Source of the DNA: a virus
Taxonomy: Duplodnaviria; Caudoviricetes
IMG/VR virus record: IMGVR_UViG_3300028591_000072
Location: 1-64,000 of that record
DNA: 64,000 nucleotides
Strand: one strand, 5' to 3'
The first letter of the stretch is position 1; each line of letters opens with the position of its first letter. The notes beneath the pieces are model-generated. The model was not told where the DNA came from and made no database searches. It saw nothing but the letters and a program-made list of their open reading frames with translations. Positions 10,426 to 20,644 of this stretch are shown here, in pieces. The position numbers were made by a program, and so were the translations under genes.

Positions 10426-12432
10426 ATGGATTACGAAACGAAATACAAAGAGGCTCTTGAAAGAGCAGAACAACAACTCTACATTGCAGAGTGCAATAAA
10501 GACGAAGGTAAAGTTTGGTATCTGAAGTACATGTTCCCTGAACTCCGAGAGAGCAAAGATGAAAGGATAAGAAAAGAAATTATTGCATATCTTGATGTAC
10601 AAGATGCAATATCTAATAGAAAAGACCAAGACTTTAAAAGTTGGATTGCTTGGCTTGAAAAGCAATGCAATATAGGTGAAGAGTCTTATGAAATTGCTGA
10701 AAATGAAAAGCGTGAATTTGTTGGAGATGGTTTTATCAAATGTTATGCTGATTTTCAAGATTTCAAAGAAGGAGAAACTTATTGGCTTGAATATGTTGGC
10801 AAAGATAATTATAACGTTAGAAGTGATAATCTTCTTGGTAAAACGTACCATATAACTCCTTGCCAATTATATACAATATTCAAGAAACAAACTTGGCTCG
10901 AAAAACAAGGTGAGAAAGGAACTGACCCAAGATATGAGTATCTCGAAGAACTACTTGCAGCCGATGACATCTACCAAATGGCAGTGAATGATGATATGGT
11001 TCAAGAAGCAAAGACTAAAGTCATAAATGCATTATCTAAACTTGAAATCTGTAAATTGTTGGGCCTTGAAAAGCAAGGCGAGCAGAACTTTACAGATGAA
11101 GTAAAGCCAAAGTTTAAGATTGGTGACTGGATTGTTTACGAAGGTTCAGGAACATATAAGGTTGTTGAGATACACAAAGGATGGTATATTGTAATTGATA
11201 GCAATGACAAACGTTGGTCAGTAATGTTTGGAGGAGAAAGTTCATACCATATATGGACCATTAACGATGCAAAAGATGGCGATATTCTCACAGTTGTAAC
11301 TGATAAAAGACCAAGACCATTTATTTTCAAGGGATTGTTAGACAAATTTCACCCAGCAAGCCCAGTGGCGTATTGTGGAATTGATTGTGGAGAGCACTTC
11401 ATTGTTAGCCCAGAAGATAGATGGTGGACTTCTGAAAAAGTAGAACCTGCAATCAAAAAAATTAGCGATTCATTGTTCCGAAGAATCCATGAAGAAGGAT
11501 ACGAATGGGACGGTAAGAATAAAAAGTTGATTGAAATTGAAAAACAAAGTGAACAGAAATCCACTGATGAGGTTAAACCAAAGTTTAAGGTTGGTGATTG
11601 GTGCATAGATAATGAAGATGGCACTATATTTCAAATATTGAAAGTATTAGATAATACTTACACATATAAGACAAATGAAGGCAAAGAATATTCTTGCTCA
11701 CATTACTCATTGGAAAATGATGCAAAACTTTGGTCTATCGAAGACGCAAAGGATGGTGATGTGCTTTTTCATTCGGATTCTGCTTCCAATGGCATTTTCA
11801 TATTTAAGGAAATAATTGATAGAGGATATGCAAAGGAAATAATATGTTATTGTGATTATGATTCTGAAGACCATTTTTGTTTAGGTGAACATCATACTTG
11901 TTGCTGGGCAGATGCTAAAATTCTTCATCTAGCAACAAAAGAACAGCGTGACATCTTATTCCAAAAGATGAAAGAAGCAGGTTATGAATGGGATGAGAAG
12001 AAAAAAGAGTTGAAGAAGATTGAGCAGAAGCATACTGAGTGGAGTGAAGAGGATGAAAAATTTTTAAACTATGCTATTAGTTTGACAGACGATGCACAAA
12101 TAAAGAATTTTCTAAAATCTCTCAAAGATAGAGTTATTCCTACTGAAAAACAAGAGTGGAGTGAAGAAGAAATAGATTTACTATTGTCAAATTTAGACAG
12201 AAACATAAAAGAATTTGTTACAACTGATGAATTTGAAAATGAAATCGGAGGACGCTATTGGGCAATTGCCAAACATGCATTTTTACTTGGTCTTGGATAC
12301 AGCCGAAATTGGAAGCCAAGTGATTAACAAATGGAAGCATTAAGTTGTATAGCATATAACTATGCCTTAATGGATAGAGGAACTGACGAAAAATTACAAT
12401 CACTCTATCATGACCTAAAAAAACTTATTTGA
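10426..12432 (+). CDS. modular repeat protein with apparent premature TAA at 12325-12327
   Basis: 633 aa to TAA; frame continues QMEAL...LQSLYHDLKKLI to TGA at 12430-12432. Confidence 0.75.
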
Positions 12433-12458
12433 TTATGTATAGTAAAAACTAAATAGTT

Positions 12459-13370
12459 ATGGAAAAGTTCTCATTAAATAAATGGCTTCAAGACAAGAGC
12501 CGTAAAGTAATTGATGACAATGGCTTCCCTGTGGAAATCATCAAATGGGATGCAAACGAAAATTATCCAGTGGTGCTTCTAGACCATAATGGAATTGCTT
12601 ATAATGTCTCAGTTGACGGAATGTATGATTCTGACCCAAATCACGGACTTTTCTTTGCGGACGAGGAAAAGCCAAATAAGATTCTTGATGAATTAAAATC
12701 ATATCTTGAAAAAACACCAAAAGAGCAAATTGAAAAAGATTGGCAAGAGATACGAAATTGCTATAATAAGTATTTTGCTGATAAATCTAACGAGGAAGAG
12801 AGGATGAATGAGTTTGAAACAAGGATTTACTACCTTATAAACTTCTTTGACCCAGATAATTATCCTTCTGTTAAAGAAGTAAAAGAAGAAGCAGAGATAC
12901 TTCTCGACTTGGCAAGAAATGTGACATATAATCCATATAAGGCAACTGTTGAATCTATCGCAAAAATGGTTGAAAAATACGAACCATATTGTAAATTCGA
13001 TATTGATAGTAACTTGACCGATTTTCTTAATAATGTGAAAATCAAATGCAAGGATGCAATGGAATACGATAAAATGTTCCCTCAGGAAGAATTCGTATCA
13101 AAAAAACAATACGAAGAAGACCTTGATAAAGCATATAAAAATGCCGATATCGTTCAATTTAACCGTGGAATGGACGAAATCCTTAATAACCCAAAAAGAT
13201 ATTTCCATGTAGGCGATACAATTAAACTTAAAAACTCTAATGCTGAACATACAATCACCTCAATCTTTAATGGAAAATATTATGGAGAAGGATGGAACCT
13301 TGACATAATTAAAGCCGCCGATGACTATGAACTTGTTGAAGATTGCAACGAAATGAAAATGACTCCATAA
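12459..13370 (+). CDS. hypothetical modular protein
   Basis: 303 aa; F.VGDTI module. Confidence 0.7.
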   Translation: MEKFSLNKWLQDKSRKVIDDNGFPVEIIKWDANENYPVVLLDHNGIAYNVSVDGMYDSDPNHGLFFADEEKPNKILDELKSYLEKTPKEQIEKDWQEIRNCYNKYFADKSNEEERMNEFETRIYYLINFFDPDNYPSVKEVKEEAEILLDLARNVTYNPYKATVESIAKMVEKYEPYCKFDIDSNLTDFLNNVKIKCKDAMEYDKMFPQEEFVSKKQYEEDLDKAYKNADIVQFNRGMDEILNNPKRYFHVGDTIKLKNSNAEHTITSIFNGKYYGEGWNLDIIKAADDYELVEDCNEMKMTP

Positions 13371-13638
13371 AAAAAGAATGGAACGTTTTACAAAAAAAAT
13401 TGGCATAGTTTTTGATAACGATAAAAGGTAATATTAATCTTCTAAAACAATGAATACAATTAGAATTACAGTAAAAACAATGATTGGAAATACCATAGAA
13501 AAAGATATTCCTCTCACAAACTCACTTAAAAAAGAACTTATCAATATCATCAAACCTATCGAATTAGATAAAAAAGGTAGAGTCACTGATATTATATTCG
13601 ATACATTATAAAATAATCATTAATTAAAATTTATTATT

Positions 13639-13881
13639 ATGTTATTATTCTGGAAAATTTATTTTATTTTCCTTGGAATCGCTATCTTCTTTTCGCTCTT
13701 CACAACTCTTTTTTTTACTGCTGATGACGGAACAAACATCCCTCTTGCATACATTCTACTTGCCATATTTGTTTGTGCAATACCTGGCGCTGGAATGCTT
13801 GCGACACTTATACTTGTAATTGGTATTATAGGTAGCGTCATAAATGCCGATTTGATACCAAGAAAATTCGATTCAAAATGA
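13639..13881 (+). CDS. small membrane protein
   Basis: hydrophobic 80 aa. Confidence 0.65.
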   Translation: MLLFWKIYFIFLGIAIFFSLFTTLFFTADDGTNIPLAYILLAIFVCAIPGAGMLATLILVIGIIGSVINADLIPRKFDSK

Positions 13882-14165
13882 AAATAACAATCCCTTCCTA
13901 TATAAAGAAAATACTCCAACGCTCACAACTACTTAATGAGCCATATAAAATCAAAATCTTTGGCAATAATAAAGTAGGAGGAGAAAAAGGATTTATCAAA
14001 GAAATCGAAAAACTAATAGATTGGTGTAAACGCTATTATGCAGAAGCCACTATAACAGAAAACGGAATGTGGTATACAAAATACCAAACAGCACAATCAG
14101 CATATAACCATAATCACCATAACTATTTTGTACTCGAAATCACTGACCTCGTTATTAATGTATGA
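13878..14165 (+). CDS. hypothetical protein
   Basis: ATGA overlap with previous gene. Confidence 0.65.
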   Translation: MKITIPSYIKKILQRSQLLNEPYKIKIFGNNKVGGEKGFIKEIEKLIDWCKRYYAEATITENGMWYTKYQTAQSAYNHNHHNYFVLEITDLVINV

Positions 14166-14676
14166 GAACAAAACGGACTCGTTAAATGATATAAAAATGA
14201 TATCACTTTAATATCATTTCTATACATATTTAATATCACTTTTTTTTGGCCTATTTCTGATTGTTAATTTTAATTGTAATTAATTAATTTTAAAGTAATT
14301 ATAATTTGTTGATAATCAGATGTGTATGAAACTCTGATAATGTGGGTGTTATTAAGTGGTAAAAAGTGGGAGTTTTTGGGGCTTTTTGTATAGGGGAAAA
14401 AGTGCCATTTTCGGGCATCAAGCAAAACGGCTTTTATGGGGAAAATTTTTGTAGAGGGGATTGGGGAATGATTTGGTGGAAAATTGTGGGAAAGATTGGT
14501 GATTTTAATTTGAATTTTTCTGTGTGGACCTTAGCGGAAAAGTGCCAATCCATTTGTGGCTTGTGACAATTTTAATTAAAATTTTAATTTAGAATCAAGA
14601 CAAATAAGGGCATAGGTCATAATTTAGATTCAATTTAAATAAGGCTTTTAAATAAAATTTAAATTCATTATCCAAT

Positions 14677-14958
14677 AACGGCGGGAAACCATTGACTTTA
14701 GTCAATTGATAAATAGCCGTTTCTTAACTTTTTTTTATTTACTTTTATGTAATTATAATTATAATTTTATAGTGTCGCAAGGCAACGGATACAGCTTCGC
14801 TGTACGGAATCAGTTTTTTTTCGACACTTGTGAAGCCATTGTCAACACCCACCTTCGCCTTTTGTGGCTTAGCGTGGCAGGGCACAGTCAATTGCCCGTA
14901 TGTGCGGAGGCTAATATCCAAAGTGCAAGCCACTTACTTTAGTAAGTGGTGTTTGACT
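14677..14958 (+). mobile_element. non-autonomous miniature IS200/605-family element retaining omegaRNA-like scaffold
   Basis: left end cgggaaaccattgactttagtcaattga resembles ~55415; right end aagccacttactttagtaagtggtgtttgac resembles ~416-445; no nuclease ORF. Confidence 0.6.
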
Positions 14959-15040
14959 CTAAATTAGGCATTTAGTGTATATGGTTTCAAAAAAAGTTAT
15001 TTGGTCAAAAAAAATATTTGGCTGAATAATTTTTTTGTTA

Positions 15041-15150
15041 ATTATAATTTTAATTTGTGTGATGGGTTTTAATTATAATTTTAATTATGCATATGGAGAT
15101 AGTAATTAAAATTTTAATTTAGATATGGGAGTGTATTATAATTTTAATTA
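15041..15150. repeat. four iterated ~31-bp AT-rich units (ATTAtAATTTTAATT..ATGG)
   Basis: units start at 15041, 15072, 15105, 15135. Confidence 0.6.
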
Positions 15151-15186
15151 AAATAAAAAAGGCCCCGAAGGGCCTGACAGATAATT

Positions 15187-15438
15187 TTAATTATCAATTT
15201 CGTTACATGAATCGTTTTCGTTTTTAGCATTTTCAGGAGGGTTATCTTCGGAGAATTTTCCAAAACCTTTTGCACGGTCAATAAGTCCAGCGCCTTGGAT
15301 TAAGAAGAAGATTGCTGCGAAGAATAGTAACAAGTTGAAGAGTGCTGAAGTGAAAGTCACTGTAGCTGCGAAGTAGAAGCAAACGATTGCTGCTACGAAA
15401 ATCAAGAAAGTAAATAAATCATTTAACAATTTCTTCAT
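15187..15438 (-). CDS. small two-TM membrane protein
   Basis: hydrophobic; ACTATTTAT upstream; hairpin terminator at 15160-15175. Confidence 0.7.
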   Translation of the reverse strand: MKKLLNDLFTFLIFVAAIVCFYFAATVTFTSALFNLLLFFAAIFFLIQGAGLIDRAKGFGKFSEDNPPENAKNENDSCNEIDN

Positions 15439-15509
15439 ACAAATTAAAATTAGGTAATAATAAATAGTTATAAATAATATTAAAATTATAATTATGATTA
15501 AATTTTTAT

Positions 15510-15655
15510 TGGTATGATGGAGTCTACTCTTCTAATCGCAAAATATGGAACGGAGTATACTCTCCTATTCGTGGATTGCGCACAGCCCCTGTGTAGCATT
15601 TAGCCATCCAATTGTTTAATATGTTAGGATTACTCCGGTGGTGATTTATTCATAA
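15510..15655 (-). ncRNA. candidate structured RNA, copy 1 (homolog at 22661-22765)
   Basis: shared GGCTAAATGCT..ACA.GGGCTGT..ATAGGAGAGTA.ACTCC directly downstream of a TGGCAC motif. Confidence 0.5.
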
Positions 15656-15711
15656 CACTACAATATAATACAAAAAGTGTGCCAAACTATACATTTGGAT
15701 AAGGAAATATG

Positions 15712-15725
15712 TACGCAATTGCGTA
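15712..15725. promoter_or_regulatory. palindromic operator-like site TACGCAATTGCGTA (copies at 18640, 19484, 21067, 23296, 27500, 31546, 35075)
   Basis: 14-bp palindrome recurring 8 times, almost all intergenic, followed by TATT/TAGT. Confidence 0.7.
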
Positions 15726-15785
15726 TATTATATAAAAAATGGGCCAAGATTGCTCTCGGCCCAAATTATAATTTTAATTTAAATT

Positions 15786-16310
15786 TTAATATTGATTCAT
15801 ATCAATTTTTTTGGCAAGTAATTTTAATTTCAATTCTTCTGCTTTCTTAAGATACCATTGTTCTTTGCTGAAGTCTTCAAGAAGTTTATTCTTCATGGCT
15901 TCAGGTGAATCGTTTTCGTTTGGTTTGGTTCCCATTCTCATACGATACTTGTATGCGGTCATCTTACACCAATCCATGGTAGCCTTTGTTCCCCAAATTT
16001 TTTCCATCATGTCTACGACTTCAACATCATAGTTATTGTAGTGTTTTGGGTGGTTAACCATTTCGTATTTGTCATTAGGGTCGAGTGGTCTCTTTCCATT
16101 TATTGCTTCGTTCACCTGTTCAACGAGGATTTCAGCTTTCGTCTTTTCCATGTTCTCCATCCTATCGATGATTGCCTTGCCCTTCTTGATGTTGATGTCC
16201 ATGAGCTCCTTCGTCATCTTATGAACTTCCTGAGTATCCTCCTGGATGTTTTCCTTCTTGCGTTTAATATTATTCTTCAATCTTTGTTCAAGTTCTGTTT
16301 CGTTAATCAT
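15786..16310 (-). CDS. DUF3310 (T7 gp1.7-like nucleotide kinase domain) protein
   Basis: MVNHPKHY...A.KY..R.G.K...ED..K..WYL. Confidence 0.8.
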   Translation of the reverse strand: MINETELEQRLKNNIKRKKENIQEDTQEVHKMTKELMDINIKKGKAIIDRMENMEKTKAEILVEQVNEAINGKRPLDPNDKYEMVNHPKHYNNYDVEVVDMMEKIWGTKATMDWCKMTAYKYRMRMGTKPNENDSPEAMKNKLLEDFSKEQWYLKKAEELKLKLLAKKIDMNQY

Positions 16311-16337
16311 ATGGTAATTATAATTTTAATTTTATTA

Positions 16338-16646
16338 TTAAAAATCGAAGTACGTATCTTTGCTAAGGATGGATTCAGTCTCCTGTGGCTGTTGTACAGA
16401 TTGATGTTTTGAGACAATATCAATATTTCTTGTTTCACAGCTAATTACGTATCTGTAGATATAAGCGTCAGGAGTCTCGTACTTGTATACGTACAGTTTA
16501 TTATAATCATCGTTACTACTATCATACAGCTTGTATACTTGTACTTCAGGGCTCTTCAAATCTACGGGCTCCACATTACAGCCACATTCACAGGATGTAA
16601 GGGCCATTGATACTGCTAAGACAAATGCAAATATTAATTTCTTCAT
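16338..16646 (-). CDS. putative lipoprotein
   Basis: MKKLIFAFVLAVSMALTSC lipobox. Confidence 0.7.
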   Translation of the reverse strand: MKKLIFAFVLAVSMALTSCECGCNVEPVDLKSPEVQVYKLYDSSNDDYNKLYVYKYETPDAYIYRYVISCETRNIDIVSKHQSVQQPQETESILSKDTYFDF

Positions 16647-16664
16647 AATATACAAAATTTTCAA

Positions 16665-17552
16665 TTAATGTTCAACTCTTTGATACATATTTTTTATTTT
16701 TTCTTCAGCAGAAGACTTAAGTTGCCTAACTCGTTCAGAGGTTAGCCCAAGTACCTCTCCGATTTCATTGTTCTTGCACGGACTGTAGTCTCCCAAGCCA
16801 TATGCCATTTTTATTATTTTGGACTCTCTTTCAGGGAGTTTTTCAATAATGGCCTGTAGCGTGTGTTTGGTCCCGTCTCGCTCAACCTGTATAGCATAAT
16901 CGTTTTCTACAGAAGCATATTCTGTGAATTTCTTTGAATTCTCAAAGATGTACGTATCGTCATCAACGTTATCAGTCGGGTCTTCAATTCTTTCAATTTT
17001 AGCACCGAAAATATCATTCCTGTCTAAAAGTTTAACGCCATATTGTTCTTCCAGGATTTTTTCTACTTCAAAGATATCTGGTTTACAACCATGGACCCGC
17101 ATGTATTCATTTTCTATCTCCTTTACCTTCGGAGTTATTCTTGCATTATTTGATGGGCGAACCAGCAAGTTCTCGTCTTTCAGGAAATGGTTTATGGCCC
17201 TACGAATATAGTACTGTGCATATGTCATAAACTTATTGTCCCTTTTGATGTTAAAATTGTCAAATGTTTCATACAGCCCAAGTGTTCCTACACTGACCAG
17301 TTCCAACGCCATTTCGCTGTTATTGTTAGCGTAACAGTTTGCAATACTGTAAATCAGGCCCTGATTTGCAATAGCAATCTTTTTCCTGATTTCAATACGG
17401 TCCGCTTCAGTAGATTCATTTGAGTAATATTTCTCAAGAAGTTTTGTTTCCTCTTCCTTTGTCAATTTGGCGCAATTTTCTTTTTTTAAATCGTTGAAAT
17501 AAAAGTTAACAAGACTATTCTTGGATTGATTCTTAATTTTTCTAATTTTCAT
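16665..17552 (-). CDS. phage-encoded sigma70-family RNA polymerase sigma factor
   Basis: region 2 (ANQGLIYSIA..Y, G.LGL, KF.TYA.YYIRRAI) and region 4 (EIGEVLGLTSERVRQL). Confidence 0.9.
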   Translation of the reverse strand: MKIRKIKNQSKNSLVNFYFNDLKKENCAKLTKEEETKLLEKYYSNESTEADRIEIRKKIAIANQGLIYSIANCYANNNSEMALELVSVGTLGLYETFDNFNIKRDNKFMTYAQYYIRRAINHFLKDENLLVRPSNNARITPKVKEIENEYMRVHGCKPDIFEVEKILEEQYGVKLLDRNDIFGAKIERIEDPTDNVDDDTYIFENSKKFTEYASVENDYAIQVERDGTKHTLQAIIEKLPERESKIIKMAYGLGDYSPCKNNEIGEVLGLTSERVRQLKSSAEEKIKNMYQRVEH

Positions 17553-18076
17553 ATGCTAAATTTTATTGATTATTATCAAATATCATGCCAAAATTATAAT
17601 TTCAATTTATTTTTTTATTTGATATAAAAATATATAATTGACATTACAATATTCAACAAAAACCATGCCAAACTTTTCAAAAACATAAAAAAAAGCACGG
17701 AATTTTGTAACTCCGTGCAAACAAACACACATTATGTCCACGTATTTAAAATAACGACTTGCTCTGGTCAAGAGGCCCGTGGCGACCTATGGGATGTTAT
17801 CGGTTGATACACTCCACCACTGCCTTAATTTTTTTGAAATAGAGGGAAAGACAGAAGACCTCTATAATAGCAGAAAGCGAGAAATACCCATGTATCATTT
17901 TTGCGCTGTATACTTTCCAAGGTTTCACGCCCAAGTCTCTGCGCTTGGTAAAGGGCTTAATGGTTAAGCCAAAACTTATTTGGCATCACCTGTGCTGAGG
18001 CTTGGAGAGAGCACTTTCTACTACTTTTAATAATTGCATTATATATCGTAATAGTTGCTGTACGCTTTCTTTAAAG

Positions 18077-18148
<72 letters not shown>

Positions 18149-18173
18149 TCAAGTATCAAAGAACGAATCCTTG

Positions 18174-18269
18174 TCTCAACTGTGGACTTGAACCACTGTG
18201 TTCCGGACTTACGTAACGCTAAGAGGTAATGAACCTGGCCCGGACGTTACACTCAAACCTGAGTTGAGC
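18174..18269 (-). ncRNA. tRNA-like RNA with atypical central region
   Basis: acceptor-like ctcaact/agttgag, T arm gtgg-ttcaagt-ccac, no canonical D arm. Confidence 0.5.
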
Positions 18270-18516
18270 CTGAGGTTTTGTTTAATGACAGGCCTACATA
18301 ACTGTCGGATTGTAAATAATTTCCAAAAAATATTAAATATAATTGCTTGCTTCACAGCAGTCTTATCATGAAGATTATTCTTTGTTCAAAATAATCAGAA
18401 AACTTTTAATGACAAACATATTTTTATATTATTTAATAGTTGCTGTTAGTTTTCTTTTTATATTATAAATATACAAATCATTTTTAAAAAAAACAAATTT
18501 AATTTTAGTTTTTTTG

Positions 18517-18589
18517 TGCTGATGCAGGGATTCGAACCCCGAACCTCGTGGATATAAGCCACCTGCGCTGACCGTTGCGCCACACCAGC
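18517..18589 (-). tRNA. tRNA-Ile(UAU)
   Basis: gtgg-ctTATat-ccac; cloverleaf. Confidence 0.85.
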
Positions 18590-18895
18590 AATTTAGATTT
18601 CAATTATATATCAATAATAATCAATCATTTCAAATACTGTACGCAATTGCGTATATTATTGGTTGTGTCAACCATTTCAATATTGTGGCTTTGTATTCGG
18701 TCATCAATATAGATATATGAAACAACACAGAGCGCTAAAATTCCAATTAAAATTAGAATTGCAATACCTGTTGATAATCTACTTCTGTTTTGTTCCATAG
18801 TTTAATTTTGATTTAAATTATAATGAGCGAATCTCACGCTCTTGATGTTACCTGTTTGATAAGGAGTTTGCAGGGACATCTAAACGCTCTCCTTG

Positions 18896-18980
18896 TAGCG
18901 GTGGTGGGACTCGAACCCACACGGGCGCAATGCCCAACAGATTTTAAGTCTGTCTCGGTTACCAATTACGACACACCGCC
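18896..18980 (-). tRNA. tRNA-Leu(UAA)
   Basis: acaga-ctTAAaa-tctgt; long variable arm. Confidence 0.9.
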
Positions 18981-19040
18981 ATTTCTCGGAATCTCAACAC
19001 ACGATGGTAGCGTTCCGAAAGCCTGTCGTGTGTCCTTTCG

Positions 19041-19115
19041 TGGGAACAGTAGGATTCGAACCTACGACCCTCTCGGTGTAAACGAGATGCGCTAAACCAA
19101 CTACGCTATGCTCCC
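19041..19115 (-). tRNA. tRNA-Val(UAC)
   Basis: tctcg-ttTACac-cgaga. Confidence 0.9.
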
Positions 19116-19204
19116 AAATCATAGAGATAGATGCCTTGCCAAGTCGTGAGTTGTAAATACCTTATAAAATGGTAATCCAACTAAGTTTCTCACTCTCTAT
19201 GTTG

Positions 19205-19278
19205 TGGTCTTGACAGGACTTGAACCTGTAACCTTGAAGGTATAAGCTTCCTGCGCTAACCAATTGCGCCACAAGACC
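19205..19278 (-). tRNA. tRNA-Ile(UAU), second copy
   Basis: gaag-ctTATac-cttc; acceptor ggtcttg/caagacc. Confidence 0.85.
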
Positions 19279-19284
19279 ATTTTG

Positions 19285-19355
19285 AGCAGTGTAACGGACT
19301 CGAACCGTCACTTTGACCTTGGAAGGGTCATGTGCTGCCATTACACCAACACTGC
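19285..19355 (-). tRNA. tRNA-Gly(UCC)
   Basis: tgacc-ctTCCaa-ggtca. Confidence 0.9.
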
Positions 19356-19499
19356 ATTGTCGGTTTTAAGGAGACCGAAAACTCTCTGCTGTTTTATTGG
19401 CAATATTGTTTAACTTAATATACAAATTTTAATTTAAAAAACAAATTATAATTAGTATTTTTTTTTTAATTTTATACAATAGGTACGCATTTGCGTATA

Positions 19500-19868
19500 T
19501 TATTGTATTTTTTTTGCTGCTCGTTTCGCTTTGATTGTATCTCCGTGTCCGAACAAGAAATAGAAGTTGTCAATGACATTGGCGATTGCTGGCCAGTCGT
19601 ATAGACCATTTGATGCTCCACCCGCCACAAGTCCAAATCCGGCTCCTATAAGATAATCAATCCAACCAAGGCCGAAAGTAAGTCCACCTGTTAGAACTGT
19701 CACAACGCCACAAATAACTGCTACAATCCACGAAATAATATGTTTTACATTTCCGTTTTGTACATTAAAAGCCGCATTGATTGCTCCAGTAATTACTGTT
19801 GTGCTTGCTATAATGGTTGGGATTACAATTAATAGTTGTTGCAGGATTGCTGTTACTGTAATTACCAT
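19500..19868 (-). CDS. holin-like membrane protein
   Basis: three TM segments, GLVAGGASNGLYD, basic C-terminus; ACTATTTAT upstream. Confidence 0.6.
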   Translation of the reverse strand: MVITVTAILQQLLIVIPTIIASTTVITGAINAAFNVQNGNVKHIISWIVAVICGVVTVLTGGLTFGLGWIDYLIGAGFGLVAGGASNGLYDWPAIANVIDNFYFLFGHGDTIKAKRAAKKIQ

Positions 19869-19936
19869 ACTATAAATTTATTAAGATTATTATTGTTATA
19901 ATAAATAAATAGTATGGAAATTTTATTTTTAATTAA

Positions 19937-20644
19937 TCAAATGATTGATTCAATTTTGTTAAGCCTGTAAGGAATTGTGTCAACTTCACTTTCGTATTCT
20001 GCGTTCAAGATAATCTTTTTATTGTTGCTTGTCAGTACAATTGATAATACATCTGAACTTACAATGTTCAATTCATTGACATTGGACTTTTCAATGATAT
20101 AGTTGATTCTATTTCCAAATACGGTTTTTGTACCGTTTTGTTCAAGTAACTCAAATTCATCCAATTCCGGAACATATAGCAAAACATCTTTTCCGTTTGA
20201 GAAAAACACTTTGTTAAGATTGTCCTTAAATGGCTTGTCGCCACACATATAACTGAATGAAATAAAAGAATTGTCTCTTTGTAAGACAGGAAGAAACACT
20301 TCATTTGTGCCTTTAAACACAATGAAATAAACATTTAATAAACATTCAAAACGAGCCGAAAAGATAGTAAATTCGTCATATTCAAAAACAATTTCGGGAA
20401 CACCCGAAACTTTATATGTACCATCAAGTCCCATTCTTTTAAGTACATCGTTTACTTTTTCTGAATAGTCAATGACCTCAGACACTTCAATATCTTTGCG
20501 CCAATCAGTCCAACCAACGATACCAAGATTCTCAAATTTTTCCTCGAAAATCTTAATTGCTTCTTCGGGTCTGTTTGCTTCGATTCCGTTTACAAAAATG
20601 TTTGCAAGGACTGTTCCTTCTACATTAAATTTCCTTTTCTTCAT
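19937..20644 (-). CDS. hypothetical early protein
   Basis: 235 aa; TGGCAC motif at 20699-20703. Confidence 0.7.
   Translation of the reverse strand: MKKRKFNVEGTVLANIFVNGIEANRPEEAIKIFEEKFENLGIVGWTDWRKDIEVSEVIDYSEKVNDVLKRMGLDGTYKVSGVPEIVFEYDEFTIFSARFECLLNVYFIVFKGTNEVFLPVLQRDNSFISFSYMCGDKPFKDNLNKVFFSNGKDVLLYVPELDEFELLEQNGTKTVFGNRINYIIEKSNVNELNIVSSDVLSIVLTSNNKKIILNAEYESEVDTIPYRLNKIESII

Noticed and set aside
8298-12327. Diversity-generating retroelement TR/VR pair
   Set aside because: Differences between copies are not adenine-specific and no reverse transcriptase is in the window
14366-14942. Short ORFs in the convergence zone
   Set aside because: Atypical composition, no start context; overlap the mini-element and repeats
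18823-19095. ORFs across the tRNA cluster (also 17779..17967)
   Set aside because: Antisense to tRNAs or structured RNAs
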